The position numbers were made by a program, and so were the translations under genes. The notes beneath the pieces were generated by a model, which did not search any database, was not told the origin of the DNA, and saw only the letters and a list, made by a program, of their open reading frames with translations. A stretch of 64,000 nt of DNA from Bigelowiella natans CCMP2755 (lineage: Eukaryota > Protista > Cercozoa): assembly GCA_000320545.1 (NCBI GenBank), contig ADNK01001857.1:1-64000 (forward strand), written 5' to 3'. Of the stretch, positions 1-16,836 are shown piece after piece (within the stretch, counting starts at the first letter, position 1; every line of letters starts with the position of its first letter).

Positions 1-546
1 GGATAGCAGCTTCTTCAGTATGGAGGACCCGCACACTTCACCAGAGGAGGAGGAAGGAGGAGCTTGGTTGTGCCATGTGTGGTATCCTTCTCTCTCCCTT
101 TTCGATGAGGGCAAGTAGGGTAATCGTGTGTGAGGATTGGTGTGTGTGGGGGGGGGGGGGGGGTAAGTTCTTGTCCACGTGTCGTCGTCGTCGTCGTCGT
201 AGTTTGGCGTTGTGGGCGATGCTGGTGGTGGTGGACAGAGAGTATGAAGAAGAAGAAATAGGTCGTAGGACAATAAATCAAGGCCTTTTTCACCCTACGG
301 TAAACCTAAATACATTGTCGTACGTACATATGTACCTAGCAATGTTAATGATAGTTTGTCATCGAACAATCAATCAAACGAGGGACGGCGGAACAAGAGG
401 GGGAGGAGCAAATACTACTAGCATCATCAATATCTCCATTTTCTGATCATCAAATATGGTAGCAAGGGAGGAGGATTAGCAGAGGGAGGAGAAACAAGAA
501 TCCATTCTTTATCAAAGAAGTGGGAGAACGACGGGAGGAGCCCACA

Positions 547-1018
547 ATGACGTCCTTCTCGTCCTCCTCCTCCCATCTCACGGAGGATCTTCGAGACACT
601 TTCTCCATCAAGATCATCCTAGCACCCTTAGGACTACCTGATGCTAGGACAAATTGCAAACCTTACATCGATCTTATTAAACGACGGCTGGTATGCTCCG
701 ATCCTCCTCCTCCTCCTTAATGATCGCATGACTGATCATAATCAGGATGATGGTGATAGTTGTGGTAGTGGTGGTGATGATGATGATGATGGTGGTGATG
801 ATGATGATGATGGTGGTGATGATGATGATGATGATGGTGGTGATGATGATGATGATGATGCTAATGGCCAAAAGAGTTGTGTACACACACACACACACAC
901 ACATCATAATCATCAACCACCTAATACCTTTTTCATCATCATCATCATCATCATCATTATCATCATGACAGTTACTCGAGGGTAGCGGGCTACATTTCAA
1001 GCCAACACAGGTTGTTCA

Positions 1019-1051
<33 letters not shown>

Positions 1052-1076
1052 TAGTAGTAAGTGTGTCGTGTGTCGC

Positions 1077-1119
<43 letters not shown>

Positions 1120-2966
1120 TGAGTGTGTGTTGTTTACACCATCAACATTCACGGCGTTAAGGTTAGCAGGTACTTCGAGCTTTGGTAATGATGGGTGATG
1201 ACGAAGATGATAATGATGATGACTACTACTACTTTGATCACGATCATGACGATGACCATCACATCTAGGATTCACCGTTCCGGAACTGGTCTATGCTGCG
1301 GGATAGAGTAACAACCTACCTGCTGCTTGTGTTGATGCATTTATTACATCATTTGTTTATAAGAGACACTCAGTGAGGGAATGAGCAGCATACGTACTAC
1401 ACCTTCTAAATTTATAATTTTGACATGTTAGTCACCACAAGTATACCTACCTCTTCCTCCTCACTTCTTCGTGTTATCATATCTTGCTACTAAAAATACT
1501 ATCACAACTGCTATAACAACTGCTGCTACCAGCAACAAACAACACGTAGTTGATATTAGACAACACTATGTTTTTCTTCCCTATAATAGGTTCACATCCG
1601 CTTCTGTGACGCAGTTGATTTTTCAAGGTTGAAATCATGCATGATACCCCATACAATATAATAATATCGTAGCGGTGCTAATGATAATGAGGACATGCTC
1701 ACAATTATTATTATTATTGTTGTTGTTGTTGCTACTGCTATTGTATTTGAAATGGGTTTTACCACTGTCTTGTAGTTCTGATTGGGAGGAGCTTCATGTC
1801 CACAGGAAGGTTAGTCATCATGTAATCATGTGAACGAGGAAGGAGAGGGAGGAGGAGGAGGAGGAGGAGGAGGAGGAGGAGGAGGCCAATAGAACAGACG
1901 ACATCAATGCATAATGTAAATAGTGATCATATTATCAAAATTTAGCCCCCTCCTCCCTCTTCCTTATTCTCCCTCCACATAATGATTCTGTAGGCTTTTG
2001 CAGTGATTGGTGTTGTCCATTGCCCTTCTTCGTCGTCAAGTAGTGCCAATATGGAAGAAGTCTACCAACAATTTGAACAACTTAAGCTTAACCCAAACCT
2101 CAAAAATGCGTTAAGGTGGTGCTGTTGTTACAACTTACTGCTGTGATCCATCAACCATGTTATCACTTACTTCCTCTTCCTTGTTGATAAGAATCAATCG
2201 CTCACTATTTTGTAAGGTTTCAAATATATGCGTTTGAGCCCGGGCAGGGTGAAGAGAATAACATAGATCTACTACGGAAAGAAGAAGTGATATTGTTTCC
2301 GAACCAGGTGGTGAGTGATGGTGGTGGAACCACCTGTAGCAATGACTAACTAACATCAATTATTATCACGCTACTACTGCTACTACTACTGCTACCACTT
2401 GGTAGCACATATTCTTTGGTTGTGTGGATGCATGAAGATGCACATATTGTTTAATTGTGTGGATGCGTGAAGATGGTAGTGGTAGGGAGAGGAGGAGGAG
2501 GAGGAGGAGGAGGAGCAACCATGGTAACGGTGGTGCTTCTTCTTCTTCTAATTATTATTGCCCTGATAATTGTTCTCCTCCTCCTCTTTTTGTGAATGGA
2601 TATTATTGTCAGGACCAAGAACACACAACGTTTTACATTACTACGATTCTGTCTGATCTTGTAAGTAGAGGAGGAGGAGGCGGAGGAAAAGAGAATTGGA
2701 AGGGCTTCAAAATACCACTTATTCATCATCTGCTGCTGCTGCTGCTACTGTTATGAAAATGATTAGTAGTATGTAGTAGTAAAAATAAAAAATAATCATG
2801 GAGAAGATGATAATGATGATGATGTGAAATTTTGGTGATGTATCACTTTTGGAAAACGACGATAGTAGCGACCACATACCAGACGACCATAATAGCATAC
2901 TAAACGACGATCTGATAGTAGCGACCGCATGCTTTTCTTCCCACCTTACGAAGAGAGTATACTACT

Positions 2967-3012
<46 letters not shown>

Positions 3013-3175
3013 CGGTGATCAAAATCATCATCATGATCCTTCTATTGCTGCTTCTTCGTTCTCCTTCACTCTCTCTCTCTTCTGTTGTCCAGGTATCATT
3101 ACTTCTAAGGGACCTTGAGGATGTAACAAAGAGAATGCTTAAATCAAGACAAGTAGTAGTTGAAGAATAGTATTG

Positions 3176-3213
<38 letters not shown>

Positions 3214-3727
3214 ATATCACCTCCTCATATGATTATTACAATTATAACTATTATTGTCTATCGTATCAATGAATATCAAAATTAGGTGATCCTACTCACA
3301 CCTGCAGATAGGGTAGATACTCATGCGGAAATTGTCAAGGTGCTGCTGTACGATAATGATGATGATGATGACGATGATGTTGGTTGCTTATTTGAATTGA
3401 TCGTTGTTGACTACCTGCTCTAATAGACTAATGCAGTTATTATAACAACACTATTAATCAATTCATATCAGAACAAGAAATTGATGATGGCTAGACGACA
3501 AAAATACGTCGCTGATTTTTGTATATTGGTACTATATAATAAGGAGCATAATTAGCAGTGAGAAGGAGGAGAAGTGTTATCATCATCTGTATTATTGTGT
3601 TGTTCGTATGTTCATGCTCGTTGTAATATGGCAGCAGCAGCAGCAGGGAAGAAGAAGAAGAAGAAGAAGAAGAAGAAGAAGAAAATGATGATGATAACTG
3701 ATCGATAATAGACGATAATGCCTGTAC

Positions 3728-3763
<36 letters not shown>

Positions 3764-3792
3764 ATTGCCATTCATGCGTACCTGAATGTATA

Positions 3793-3829
<37 letters not shown>

Positions 3830-4144
3830 CAGGCTGGTGCTGCAATAGATGCTAGAAAATATTACAAGGAGGTAGCGTTTGAGTAATGATGGTCATGGTG
3901 ATGATGATGATGATAATTATCATGCCGACTCACCAATTCAGAGTAGATGATAACTTATGATATATTATTACTGAAAGGATGATGATGAGAGCAATATAAT
4001 AATAATATCTGGCAGTTGATGATAATGACCACTACTACTTACTACTATTATTACATTATATATCGGTATGGAAGGCTCTGGACTTGGCGCGACAAGCAAG
4101 TGATTTTATCTGGGTAACTTGTTATCATCATTTAATTACAATAT

Positions 4145-4176
<32 letters not shown>

Positions 4177-4932
4177 GATCCTGATAATTACAAAGGCTGG
4201 TGCGGCTTTAGAGGGTCTTGCAGCCTGCAGCCTTTTATTGGATGATGATAAAAACAATGATGCTGAGAAGGTGCTCTAGTAGTAGTAGTAGTAGTAGTAG
4301 TTGTTGTTGTTGTTGTTGTAGTTGTTGCGGTGATGATCATGGTCTTAATGATGATATGATGTGATGATGATGGTTGTTTTTACTACTACTACTACTACTC
4401 TGTGGTAGAATGCTATGGGATATATCAGAGAAGCACTTTCATGCTATCAAAGACTGTCAAAGTACTACTACAACTACTACTACTACTACTACTACTACTA
4501 TGATCATCATGTAAAGGGACTTTATAGTAAACCATCATCGTTTGAAACAAATAATGATCAACAAGACGGACGTTGGGTGCCACCACCACGACGATGATGA
4601 CAACAAACGAATAGTATTAGTATTAGTAGTAGTAGTACTACCTAGTATGATGTATTGTTTTCGATGCTCTTACTTCATGGAAGAAGCTTCTTTTCTACTC
4701 ACCATCCATATCACAGCAGTAGCAGTCAGCAGCACAATTCGGCATATCATTACATATGGCACGAAAAGTGCTTGTTTGATGATGATGATGATGATGATGA
4801 TGCTGATGATTCTTCAGTTGGTCTTTTATCATTGTATTTTTGGTCAACAATATCGTGATTCATCGTTGCAGCATATATTCCATAAAAATGGATTGGGAAA
4901 TAATAGTACCCACCAACCGTGCTTCTCTCTTT

Positions 4933-4964
<32 letters not shown>

Positions 4965-5670
4965 AACATTTAGAAGAGTAACATATATGCTCAGAATATC
5001 GGCAGCATTCAAGGTACAGCAGTGCGAGATATTACTACTACTACTACAAGAATAAAAATAATAATAAGTAGTAATAATAAGAAGACGATGCAAATCAAAT
5101 AATAATAATGATAAGAGTTCAGCAAACAATATAATAATAGTAATATGAGAGTTTTGCAAATAATAATATAATGCGCCGTCGGCTAAGACAGCAACGTTTT
5201 GACTGCTGCTGTCTCTCTTCCGCTTTCAAATTGTTGTTGTTACTAGATGATGATCATGATGATGACAAACTGAGAATATTGAAAGAAGAGAGGAGATACT
5301 TTGTAGATTGATGAACCATGCCCATACAATGATTGCAGCTTGCAAGAATATCTCTCTCACTTTATTTGAATGGAGATAAATCTTTGAGACATAAGGTAGT
5401 ATGTGATGTTGTTACCTGCTGCAGCTGTATCAATCTATTGACTTTTTTGCGTGTTTTTGTTTTGAGTAAAGTGAAATATAATAATATCAATAATACGTCA
5501 TTCAAAAGCAGTTTAAACTCTTTGAATACAACAAATTGTTTTGATTATATTAAAAACAACGATGGACCAACATGATGATAGCTTTTTCTTCTTGTTCTTC
5601 CTTGTTCTCATATTCCAGACTTGTGAGCACATAAGAGCAATCATGGGTATATCTGTGGAGGCTTCATTGA

Positions 5671-5706
<36 letters not shown>

Positions 5707-5725
5707 GAGAAAGATAAAGGGAGAG

Positions 5726-5769
<44 letters not shown>

Positions 5770-6231
5770 ATTGAGTAGATTCAAAGCAATGTAGTGTCGT
5801 GGTAAGTTAAAGTAATGGGAGAATTGTGATGATAAATATGTGTCAAATGGATCTGAACAACCCATTGATAAAAACAATGATAATATTAATAATAATGGTA
5901 TCTGTGATGTCACACTCGTGGTGACTAATTTTATTAGAGAGAAAAGAGCCTTTTCCTTCTTCCTTTTTGTTCTTTTTCTCTCTCTTCTCTTCTTTTCCTA
6001 CTACTACATATATGTAGTGAGTTATATATGATATCCTGCTGCTACTGCTGCTGCTGCTACTACAAGGAGCGAGTGGGGGTATGTGTAGAGGCTGCATGCA
6101 TAGCTTCGTCCCTCGGTAATAAATAATAACAATAAGAAGAAGATTGTAACAACAAACATAACTACGACTACTACTACTACCACTATGTGGTCAATGAGAG
6201 AGATATCTTCTTTTTCTTCTTTTTCTTCTTA

Positions 6232-6273
<42 letters not shown>

Positions 6274-6895
6274 AATTACTCTCGTTGTTTATTATCATTA
6301 TTATTATTTAGGCTACTTTCGAACAGCGACAATGTACATCCATCGGGTAAGTTGTTATATTCTATTGAGTAGCATACACATACACATTTATTCATTTATT
6401 GTGTATCTTTTCATTGATAGGTGGTGGTGGTAGTTGTTAAGGCATCAATGATGATGATGATGATGATAATGATGATGACTCTGAGATATTAAGAACGATA
6501 TGAACATTAACACAATAGGCGAGTCTTGTGTGTGCAAAGCTTGGATCTTATGAGCACGGTAGTAGTAGTAGTTACAGCAGCAGCAGCAGTAGTTGTATCT
6601 ATTAATAATAGTGAGGATAATGATGAGGACCATCATCATCATCATTATCATTATTTTTGTTTTTGTTACACGCAATTCATGATCAGTAGTAGATTGAAAA
6701 GCAACATGAGAATCCTCTCCTCCTCATCATCACCATCACCATCACCATCACCATTTATTTAGATATATCATTACCATTTATCTCCCTAATTTTACTCCTC
6801 TCCTCCTCCTCCTCCTCCTCCTCCTCCTGATGATGATGATGATGAGAATGTCAAATATGCTGCTGATGATGATAATGAGGATTACAACTGCCTTT

Positions 6896-6937
<42 letters not shown>

Positions 6938-7173
6938 TTTGTTTCTTTCCTTTGTTTACTTGATTCTGTCTGCTTGTCTTTCATCAGCGACAACTCTACT
7001 CCGCATAGCGATTGCTGAGTATAACATTGTTATGGTAGTAGTAGTAGCAGTAGTAGTAACGATGCTTCTCCTCGTCCTCTTCCCCTTCTTTAATCACACA
7101 TCACCACTTCAAATAAACCAATGATGGAAAAGAACAACAAGATCGTTATAAATGCAAACACACACACACACAC

Positions 7174-7251
<78 letters not shown>

Positions 7252-7323
7252 TTATTCCAGTTTGAGCATTAATCTCCAAATTTTGGTTGTTCCTCCACTT
7301 GAAAATGCATACATGATGCAGGA

Positions 7324-7359
<36 letters not shown>

Positions 7360-8338
7360 TGGGAGCCTACTACTTCCCCGTGGATGGATATGGCCAGATG
7401 GAAATAAAAGTCATCAGGATTGGACGTCCTATCGAAGAAGTAGGAGGTGAGTTGTCACTTCCTCAACTTATAACATCATCTCTCTTCTCACTTTGTTACT
7501 ACCCATTGTAGTAGCCTTCTTGTTCTTCTTCTCATTCTCCTTCTCTCTCCTCCTCACTACCATGTACTTCATCACGTAGAAACGATGAGGAAAAGCAAGA
7601 GGACTATCAGATACCCAAATACACCTCCTTTTTCCCGGCAAAGCTCAGAGAGCAAGGATACTCTGATGTATTACCACTGTGTGCGAGGATGATGATGATA
7701 ATGATGATGATGATGATGATGGTGATGCTGTATTCTTGTGGTGATGCTGCTGATGCTGCTGCTTTTACTGGTCTACTATATATGATGATGATGATGATGA
7801 TTATTATTATTACTATTCTTATCACTCTAATAATACAATTGTAGCTGTACTGGAATGCCCTCCATCAATCACTTTTGGGTACAGCATGTCATGCACACTT
7901 ATAACATATACACATTGATCTTGGACAGCATACATACGTACATTATTGAAAGATGATGATGACTAATCTCATAATCTACAACAACAGATAACACACACAT
8001 ATGATCAAGCACCCTACCCACTACTAACATTGCCTAATAATACCAAACTATTATCACGTTCTTCAAGATAATGACCCCTTGTCATCATATATTGTTATCG
8101 TCGGTTGTTGTTGTTGTTGTTGTTGTTGCATGGAACCAATCATAGGACTATCAGTAGCAGCAGCAGCAGCAGCAAAGCCAGATCGGAAAGCTAATTATCA
8201 CCATCACCACCAGCAGCATCATCATCATCACCAGAAGAAGCACAAACAACGAAGAAGAAAGGGCAACACAATTGATCCTAATGACGATGCCAACGATAAT
8301 AAGGATGATGAAAAGAAGGATGATCATCATGATAATTG

Positions 8339-8373
<35 letters not shown>

Positions 8374-9310
8374 GTGCTGACAGCAAAAGCAGGTTGGATC
8401 ATCATGATGAAAATGAGGTAGTAGGTGATAACCATGGTTGTAATGATATACGATTTATGTGGCTTTACATATATATATATATATATATATATACATTGTA
8501 AGTACTACTTTTACTAATGTAGCTGCTGTGCTATCTCGATAGGATTAAAATAATAATAATTATCATTATTATAATTATTATTCTCATAACTGTGGGTTAT
8601 CTTTGTTGATGATTATTGGTTCATTGGTTGATTGATTGATTGATGATAGTAGTACACACTTCTCCTTCTCCTCCTCCTCCATCATCATATCGTCATCATC
8701 ATATCATACCACTTCTACTACAGGAGGTGGTAGCAAAGGCAGCCTTCATCCAACTGTGTTGCGGTACTGCTACTTGTAGTACTTGTACTTGTAGTAGTAG
8801 TAGTGTGATGGTGGTGGTGATGATGATGGTGGAGGGTGGTAGTAGTGTATAAATAATAATTAAAACCCTAATGATTATCTTGATTTGTTTAGATGATGAT
8901 GATCATCTTTATACTACATTCAGCACCAATTTATCCATCCATCCATCCATCCATCCATCCATCCATCACTACATTTACATTTCTTCTTCTTCTTCTTCTT
9001 CTTCTTCTTCTTCTTCTTCTTCTTCTTCCTAGGACTGATGCTGCGACATCATCATCATCATCATCACCACCTTATGTTTGGAACTGCTGTTGGCTATAAT
9101 CATAATGATGACGGTGTCATTCGAAGGCTGATGGCTAGGTAATGAGAAGAAGAGCAACTGCGCAATAACAATAATAATAATAATGAGTAATAATAATAAT
9201 AATAATTGTGCTACGACGACTGCCATTAGCACTGCTACTACTGCTGCTGCTATTACTAATATCGTTGCGTGCGAAGATACAATGACAAAAGAGAAGTGAC
9301 AATGATGATG

Positions 9311-9345
<35 letters not shown>

Positions 9346-9741
9346 ACTTCTGTATTATTCATGCTGCCCTTTATTCTCGAAGTGTGGTGTTTGGACACAC
9401 ACAGCACTTAAAAGAGAGATTGACTTGATGATGTTATTGTTGTTTTCCTTCTTAGCAGCTGCTCCGACTAAACAATGCATGATGGCAACAATGTGTATAT
9501 AGTAGTATTTATGATAATTATCATTACTACGAACATTTTTTGATTTGTTTATTTGTATACATTACCACCATTAGATTGACCAGCTTGAACCAAACGGTGT
9601 ATTTCTCTCCAAATCTTCCAAAGACGGGATTGCTGCAAGTATGTAACATGACAATGATAATGATGTTGTTGTCCATTATGGATGAGAAGGAGTAGAACTG
9701 CCTTGTTATTGATATATTCATGTTCTTTGTCTTAGAGATGT

Positions 9742-9777
<36 letters not shown>

Positions 9778-10656
9778 GTCCTCATTCTTACATCTCTCAT
9801 CAGGTTATTCAGGTGATTCCTTGTCCATTGAGCACAGATTTACAAGCTTATGAAGTCGAAGAAGCTAAAACAGCCGATAATGTAAGTGTGGTGGTGGTAG
9901 TAGTAATGAGACGATGACAACGACGATGACGATGATGATGATGTGTAGTGATAAGAATGATCATGATAGTTGATGGTGCTAGATAAGACAGATTGGTGGT
10001 AATATCACGATGACTTGAGCAGAATTGTTGTTGTTTGTGTACATTATTATTAGTAGTAATAATGTTATTATTATTTGTTATCATAATCGTCGTCAAGGGA
10101 TTATTTGTCTTCAAACCTCAATCAAAGCAATCAAAATTCCAGAAGGTATTATGATGAACGTTGTTTCTAATCCAGCAGTAGCAGTAGCAGAGAGATCGTT
10201 AAAATAACAATGATAATGAGATGAAGAAGAAGGAAGCTGTGTAGTAGCACATGACTGTGGTTGTTGTTGGATGTTCTGTAATAAGTATTCGTTGTGTTTC
10301 GTAGGTTTCAACTGTGCAGTATGTTGCTGGAGAGGCAGTTGATGTGAAGATTCGGTATTACTAGTATCATTTACTGTCACTACTACTACTTCGACTACGA
10401 CTGCTAGCTACTACAACCTCATTTTCATTGTTGTTGTTGTTGTTGTTGGGCGCTGATGTTGTTTGTGTTTTGAAAAAAATATTGAAGTTCATTTTTTGTT
10501 TGCTACTACTACTACTACTACTACTACTACTATTACTTGTGTGTGTGTGTGTGTGTGTGTGTGTTGTACATCTAAATCAGGATTCACAACTGTTTGGGAA
10601 TCCCTGTGGTAAGCAAATAACTACTAATACCTGTCTTAGTTATTACTGCAAACAAC

Positions 10657-10688
<32 letters not shown>

Positions 10689-11062
10689 CGATGGTGTGTT
10701 GTTAATTTGTCATTACTTCAGATGATTGAATCAGTCAGCTTTGTCACGGCAAACAAAGAAGGAGAAAAGTAGTAGCGTATTGTGTACATATAATCTTGAT
10801 TCGTTGTTTTGGTCGTTGAGTCGTCGTGAAGAAACTGATCATACTACTACTACTACTACTACTGCTCATAAAAGTAAGTAACAGTACCCTTCTTCTTATT
10901 ATTATTATTATCTTATGGTGTAAAACTATTCAGTTGTTTCCTCACACATCCTGCAAAAGGACTTGTACCCGGTCTCACTATCACTGCTTTATAATTTATG
11001 CTCTTTCTACTGTTTTTGTAGTTTTCTTCTGGTGATCATCGTGTTTCAGAATTGGTTGTGAT

Positions 11063-11093
<31 letters not shown>

Positions 11094-11593
11094 TTTAGTC
11101 GTCTAGTATTTGTTCATCATCATCTATATCCCGAATACTACTACATATGCATGCACAGGAGGCACATCTCCTTCTTCATCATCTTCTTCATCTTGGAAGT
11201 CCCCAAACACGCATGATTTTGTCGTAAGTGCGGTTCCAAGATCAGCAGGACTAATTACCATTAGGGGTAGAGAAGGAGGAGGAGGAAGAAGAATAGCAAA
11301 ACATAAGAATAACATGGAAAACACACCTTTACAACACCACTCATAAACTAATTGATTCATGGTTACTGTGCAGCTTCTTCACACAACTGTAGTACTATTA
11401 ATACCACTACCAGCTTGCTCTCTTAGAACCACAACATATCTGTCTTTCCTAATCCCCCCAATAATCATCATCACATCATCATCATTATCATCATTATCAT
11501 AATGATATCATTGCTAATGATGGTTTACCGTATTGATAGTTGTAGTTTTTCCTTCTCCTGAATGATAACACAGTAGAACCAACAATAAACAAT

Positions 11594-11626
<33 letters not shown>

Positions 11627-11698
11627 AACCATAATTAGGGGTAAAACTAGGAGTGCTTGGAGGCCACGTTGTACATCAAGTAAATAATTGTAAAACAC

Positions 11699-11732
<34 letters not shown>

Positions 11733-12010
11733 GTATGATAAAGATATTGACTACTATTTTAATGTTGATGATAATTCTCGACCAACATCATCAATAGTTA
11801 CCATCATCATAATCATCAATCATCACCATAGTCATGATAAATCATAAAACTAACACTGTTATTGTTAACTATCTTCTGTTTGTTGTTGTTGTTGTTGTTC
11901 TCATTGTATATTGCTACTACTACAGGTAGATTCTAATGGATTTGGACCTATCACCATCTCACAAGCGGTGTGTTGTGTATTTTTATGACTATTATTCTTA
12001 TTCTTATTAC

Positions 12011-12041
<31 letters not shown>

Positions 12042-12161
12042 GTTATATGAGTAGGTATTTATTTACATATCTACATCATAATCATCCACGTTAGTAGCTA
12101 CTCTTTCCTCTCCCCCTCCATTCATCATCCTGGTTGGTTGGTTGGTTGGATGGTTTTTGCT

Positions 12162-12206
<45 letters not shown>

Positions 12207-12578
12207 AGGAGAAGCGTCGTAGTACAGCAGCTACTGAGAGGACTTGTGTGGCCAACATTAAAGTCATGCCTCCTCTTCCAAAGGCTCGGCTAGAAGGTAG
12301 TTGGTAGTGTTGTAATTGACCATTAAAATAATGGTTGGTTAGATGGATGGATGGATGGGTGGATGATAATGTACATTGTGCTGTTTGGTAATGACCTGGA
12401 GAAGAAGCAAACATTACTACTACTACTACTACTACTACTACTACGACTACTATGATTCTGATGAATTTGAAGGATAAAACCGATAATAGTGCGGAACGAG
12501 CGAAAAAGGGACAGAAAATGTTATTGCAGAGCCCCTCCTCCTCCTCCCTCAGAGAAGGAAGGAAGGATGGATTGATGG

Positions 12579-12610
<32 letters not shown>

Positions 12611-12765
12611 TTTGTATTATTGTCAGAATGCCCTCCTCTCACTCCTCCACCTTAATTGTGTTTTATGTCTTTCTTCTTTTTCTTCTTTTTACTATTACTT
12701 TTTCCTTTAGTAATCAATTCGATCCCAAGTGCAGAATTATATGTCGGAGAGCAAAGAACAATTTG

Positions 12766-12802
<37 letters not shown>

Positions 12803-13120
12803 TGGAAGTAGTAATAAAAGTGTTGTTAATTTTGCTTGAGAAGAAGAAGAAGAAGAAGAAGAAGAAGAAGAGGAAGAATGTTGTCCTTTACAACAACAAC
12901 GACGTTATAAAATATTGTCAGAAATGGCCTTGGTCAATGAATAATAATACTGCAACTTTGAGAGGAGGAATCAACACCTATTGGTGCTGCCTGATTGCTA
13001 ATTGAAATGATGTACACACACTTGAAGGATATCGATACGTAATGTGAGCACTAATGGAAAACAAATACAGAAAGCAAAGCTCACTGTAGAAATGGTAAAT
13101 AGCACTTGTAGCAGTAGTAA

Positions 13121-13152
<32 letters not shown>

Positions 13153-13694
13153 TTTGCATGATGATGAGGATGATGATAATGGTGATTTTGAAGAGAAAAT
13201 GATAAAAATAGTTGCAGAAGAGATGCAGCAGGAAGAGAAGAAACGAATAGGAAAATATGTTTCTCATTGCATTATCGTTGTTATTTTTGAAGTTGTTTAT
13301 TGTTGTCATTGCATCGTTGTTATTCTTGAAGTTGTTTATTGTTTGTATCAATATGTGTTCACTGACTCTGCTAAAGCGATTTAATGCAAATAGCGAAGAG
13401 GCGCAGAACATGTAATAGTATTAGTAGTGGTAGTATATCACCAGTACTCTCTAGTACAATGATTGTGATATACTGATGATAATGATCAACTGATGATATT
13501 ATTAGTATTATTCTTATTATGAGCAGACTACCTTTACTGACCACTCTCTCCTGATATCATCCTATTATCTATATTGATTATGGCATTGGTATTTACGTTT
13601 CACACCCCCTCCTCTATCTAGATACTATGGGAAGTCCAGAATAGTACCTAGTACCACAAACATGAAGAGAAGGAGGAGGAGGAGGAGGAGGAGC

Positions 13695-13738
<44 letters not shown>

Positions 13739-14287
13739 GATCTACTATACTAGTGGTGGTGGTGATGATGATGATGATGATGGAGACGGTGATAATGATG
13801 TCTTGTCGTTGGTATCATGGGACGATGATCAGGTGTTGTACGTGCAAGACGCACAATTGCACTTTATAAAGTAGATTAATAATTATTTTACCCTGCTGGT
13901 AATGTTGATTCCTATTGTAATCTCCTCCTCCTCCTCCTCCTCCTCCTCCTCCTCCTCCCGTACTGATACAATAACATAAAGTGCTACTACTACTAATTCT
14001 GTTCTTCTTCTTAGCTACAGAAGGCTTTGCCTCTCAAAGTAAATGATGAAATTAAGGTCATGACGGTGGTGCTGGTGGTGCTGGTGGTGGATATGATAGA
14101 ACAAGTATAAACTTATTTGGCACTAGCACAAGAGATTTGGTTAAATGCTGTAGAACTTACACAGCTGCAGCAGCAGTACTATGATGATGATAGTGATGAT
14201 TGATGACGATGAGGATAAGCATGATGACATAAGATCATAGTAGAGATTATTATCATCACCAGCATATGTTAGCCACTGAATAAGTAG

Positions 14288-14325
<38 letters not shown>

Positions 14326-14539
14326 ATTATGATTAGATTCCCCTGAAGTTGGTTGGGCATTTGGCTTGTTGTGGGTATGAAAAGAACAACCAAACAACAT
14401 GATCTTTTTACTGTGTTATTATTCCCATCATTTCCACAGAAACCCTTCAACAAAGATCCATACCAACATGCATGTGTTACATACTTAGCGTCGATATAAC
14501 GCTACGCTACTACCACGAGTCTAAGTGTAGCTATTCTCC

Positions 14540-14574
<35 letters not shown>

Positions 14575-16803
14575 ACTTTCGAAAAGTGATCAAAAAGGTA
14601 TTATGAGTAGTAGTAGCAGCAGTAATAGTAGTAGTAGTAGTAGTAATAGGAGGTGGTACTTAGCTATAGCCTTCCATCGTTTCAAATACATTATATCATA
14701 TATCAACACCAATTATAGTACTAATAGCAGAAATAGTAGTAATAGAAGAAAAGGAGAAAGATGAGGAAAAAGAAGCAGCAAATAATCACGCCGCTACTAA
14801 GACATCTTCTGAATTGGAATTTGTAGTTAGGCTGACAGCATCCTAGCAGTAGACTGTATTCATCATCATCATCATTATCATCATCATTAGGTTTCATGGA
14901 AAGTTACATCATGTGTGGCAATCAAACATGCCCAATTTATGATCAATGCAGCAGTAACAAGGGCTTATTTGCTCTCTGCAGCTAGAAAAGAGGGCAATGT
15001 GAAAAAGAAGGAGAAGACCAACAAAAAGATACATACCAAACTAACTGCAAAGTAGTAATTCAATGTCGTCTCAATTAAACTTAATTTTAATGATGATGAG
15101 GATGATGATTATGATGATGATGATGATGATGATATATGATTGTGATGGTTGCAGTAGGTATAGGGTTTATAGAAGTAGTCTTGATGTACGTGAGGAGGAG
15201 GATCAAGCTGCTGCTGCTGCTGCTACTGCTACTGCCGTTTTGCCTCCTTCAAGAAGAGTAGAACATGAAGGCAAGCAGCAAGAAGAACAACAACAAAGAA
15301 AATTTATAATGAAGGAAAAACAAAAAAAACACAAGGAAAACAAGGAAGGAAAACAAGCAACTGCAATTAATGACGATGAACCCAAAAGCTGCATCAACAC
15401 CGATGCTAGAAAGAAGAAGTTGATCATCAACAACTTTTTGAGTCAAAGGATGCACAAATATACGTACATCGTCATCAAGCTGGAAAACAAAAGTAGTAGT
15501 AGTAGTAGTAGTATTTCATTTGTGAATCATCAGTCCAACCATTATCGTTCGAATTATGATTATATCAACCCCTCCTCTATACTACTTCTACTACAACTTA
15601 TATTTGTTGTTGTTGTTGTTGTTGATGATGATGATAATGATGTTATTGTTATCAGCTGAAAATGATTTGGTGATCAACTTGCAAGCACCTCACCGAAGAA
15701 GAAGAAGAAGAAGAAGAAGAAGAAGAAAAGGCCAGAATGGAACACAACGACAACCTCAAGAGAAAATTAAGGAGGGGGGGGAGAGGGAGGAGAAGATAGA
15801 AGAAGATGAAGAAGAAGAAGATGTTATGGAAAAGAAGAACAAAATGCACGATGGTAGTAAAGAAAAATCGTTGGGATTTATCAATCAAGATGTGGATGAT
15901 GACGATAATAGCAATTGTGCTGCTGCTGATGATGATGACGATGATAGTAGTACTTGCAGCAACATGATGTTATTAAGAAAGAAAACAACAAGTTGCGCTG
16001 TTTTCGAGCTACCAAGGTCAGTGTTAGTAGCATACACCCAGTACTACATAGCGATATACCTTGGTAACGCTGCTAGCTAATATAATGATGATGATGAGAG
16101 CGTGGTGGTTAGTTGGTTGATGGATGATTGTTGTTCTTAGAATTAGTTTTGGTACCGAAAGAGACCTCAATATACTGCTGCAATGGGGAAGAAGAAGAGG
16201 AGGAGGAGGAGGACAACAGGTTACACACACGAGGACATGTGTACTGCTACTTCTATCTAGTATCATCATATACTAGACATTAGAAACATCATTTCGAGGA
16301 GGAGGATGATGGGTGAACCATCAATATCTCTTGCTTCTTCTCAACATTCTCCTTCCTCTCCTCCTTCTCAACCATCAATATCTCTTGCTTCTACTCAACA
16401 TTCTCCTTCCTCTCCTCCTTCTCAACCATCAATATCTCTTGCTTCTTCTCAACATTCTCCTTCCTCTCCTCCTTCTCTTCCTCTTTATCCTCCTCCCTTA
16501 CTACCCTTTCATCTATCACCACTCGAATATACGTGCAGCAGAATCAGGAGGAGGAGGAGAAGGGCAAGCCAAAGTCAATGATGATGATGATGAAGGAATT
16601 TGATGAGTGCTTAGCAAGATTTCTAAAAAGACACAGACTGGCCTGGTATGTAGTGTCATTGCTGATCTTTAATAATAATAATGATGATGATGATGATGAT
16701 GATGATGAGGATAATACGAATAAGAGTGTTATCCAAACAGTATTCAATATGACTACTACTTCTACAACAATTAAACACATGTTGTTATTTCTTCTCAACT
16801 ATG

Positions 16804-16836
<33 letters not shown>

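Noticed and set aside
1-300. 5' end of a minus-strand gene divergent from TRS120
   Set aside because: Plausible from the alternation pattern, but no start or homology could be fixed in the fragment.
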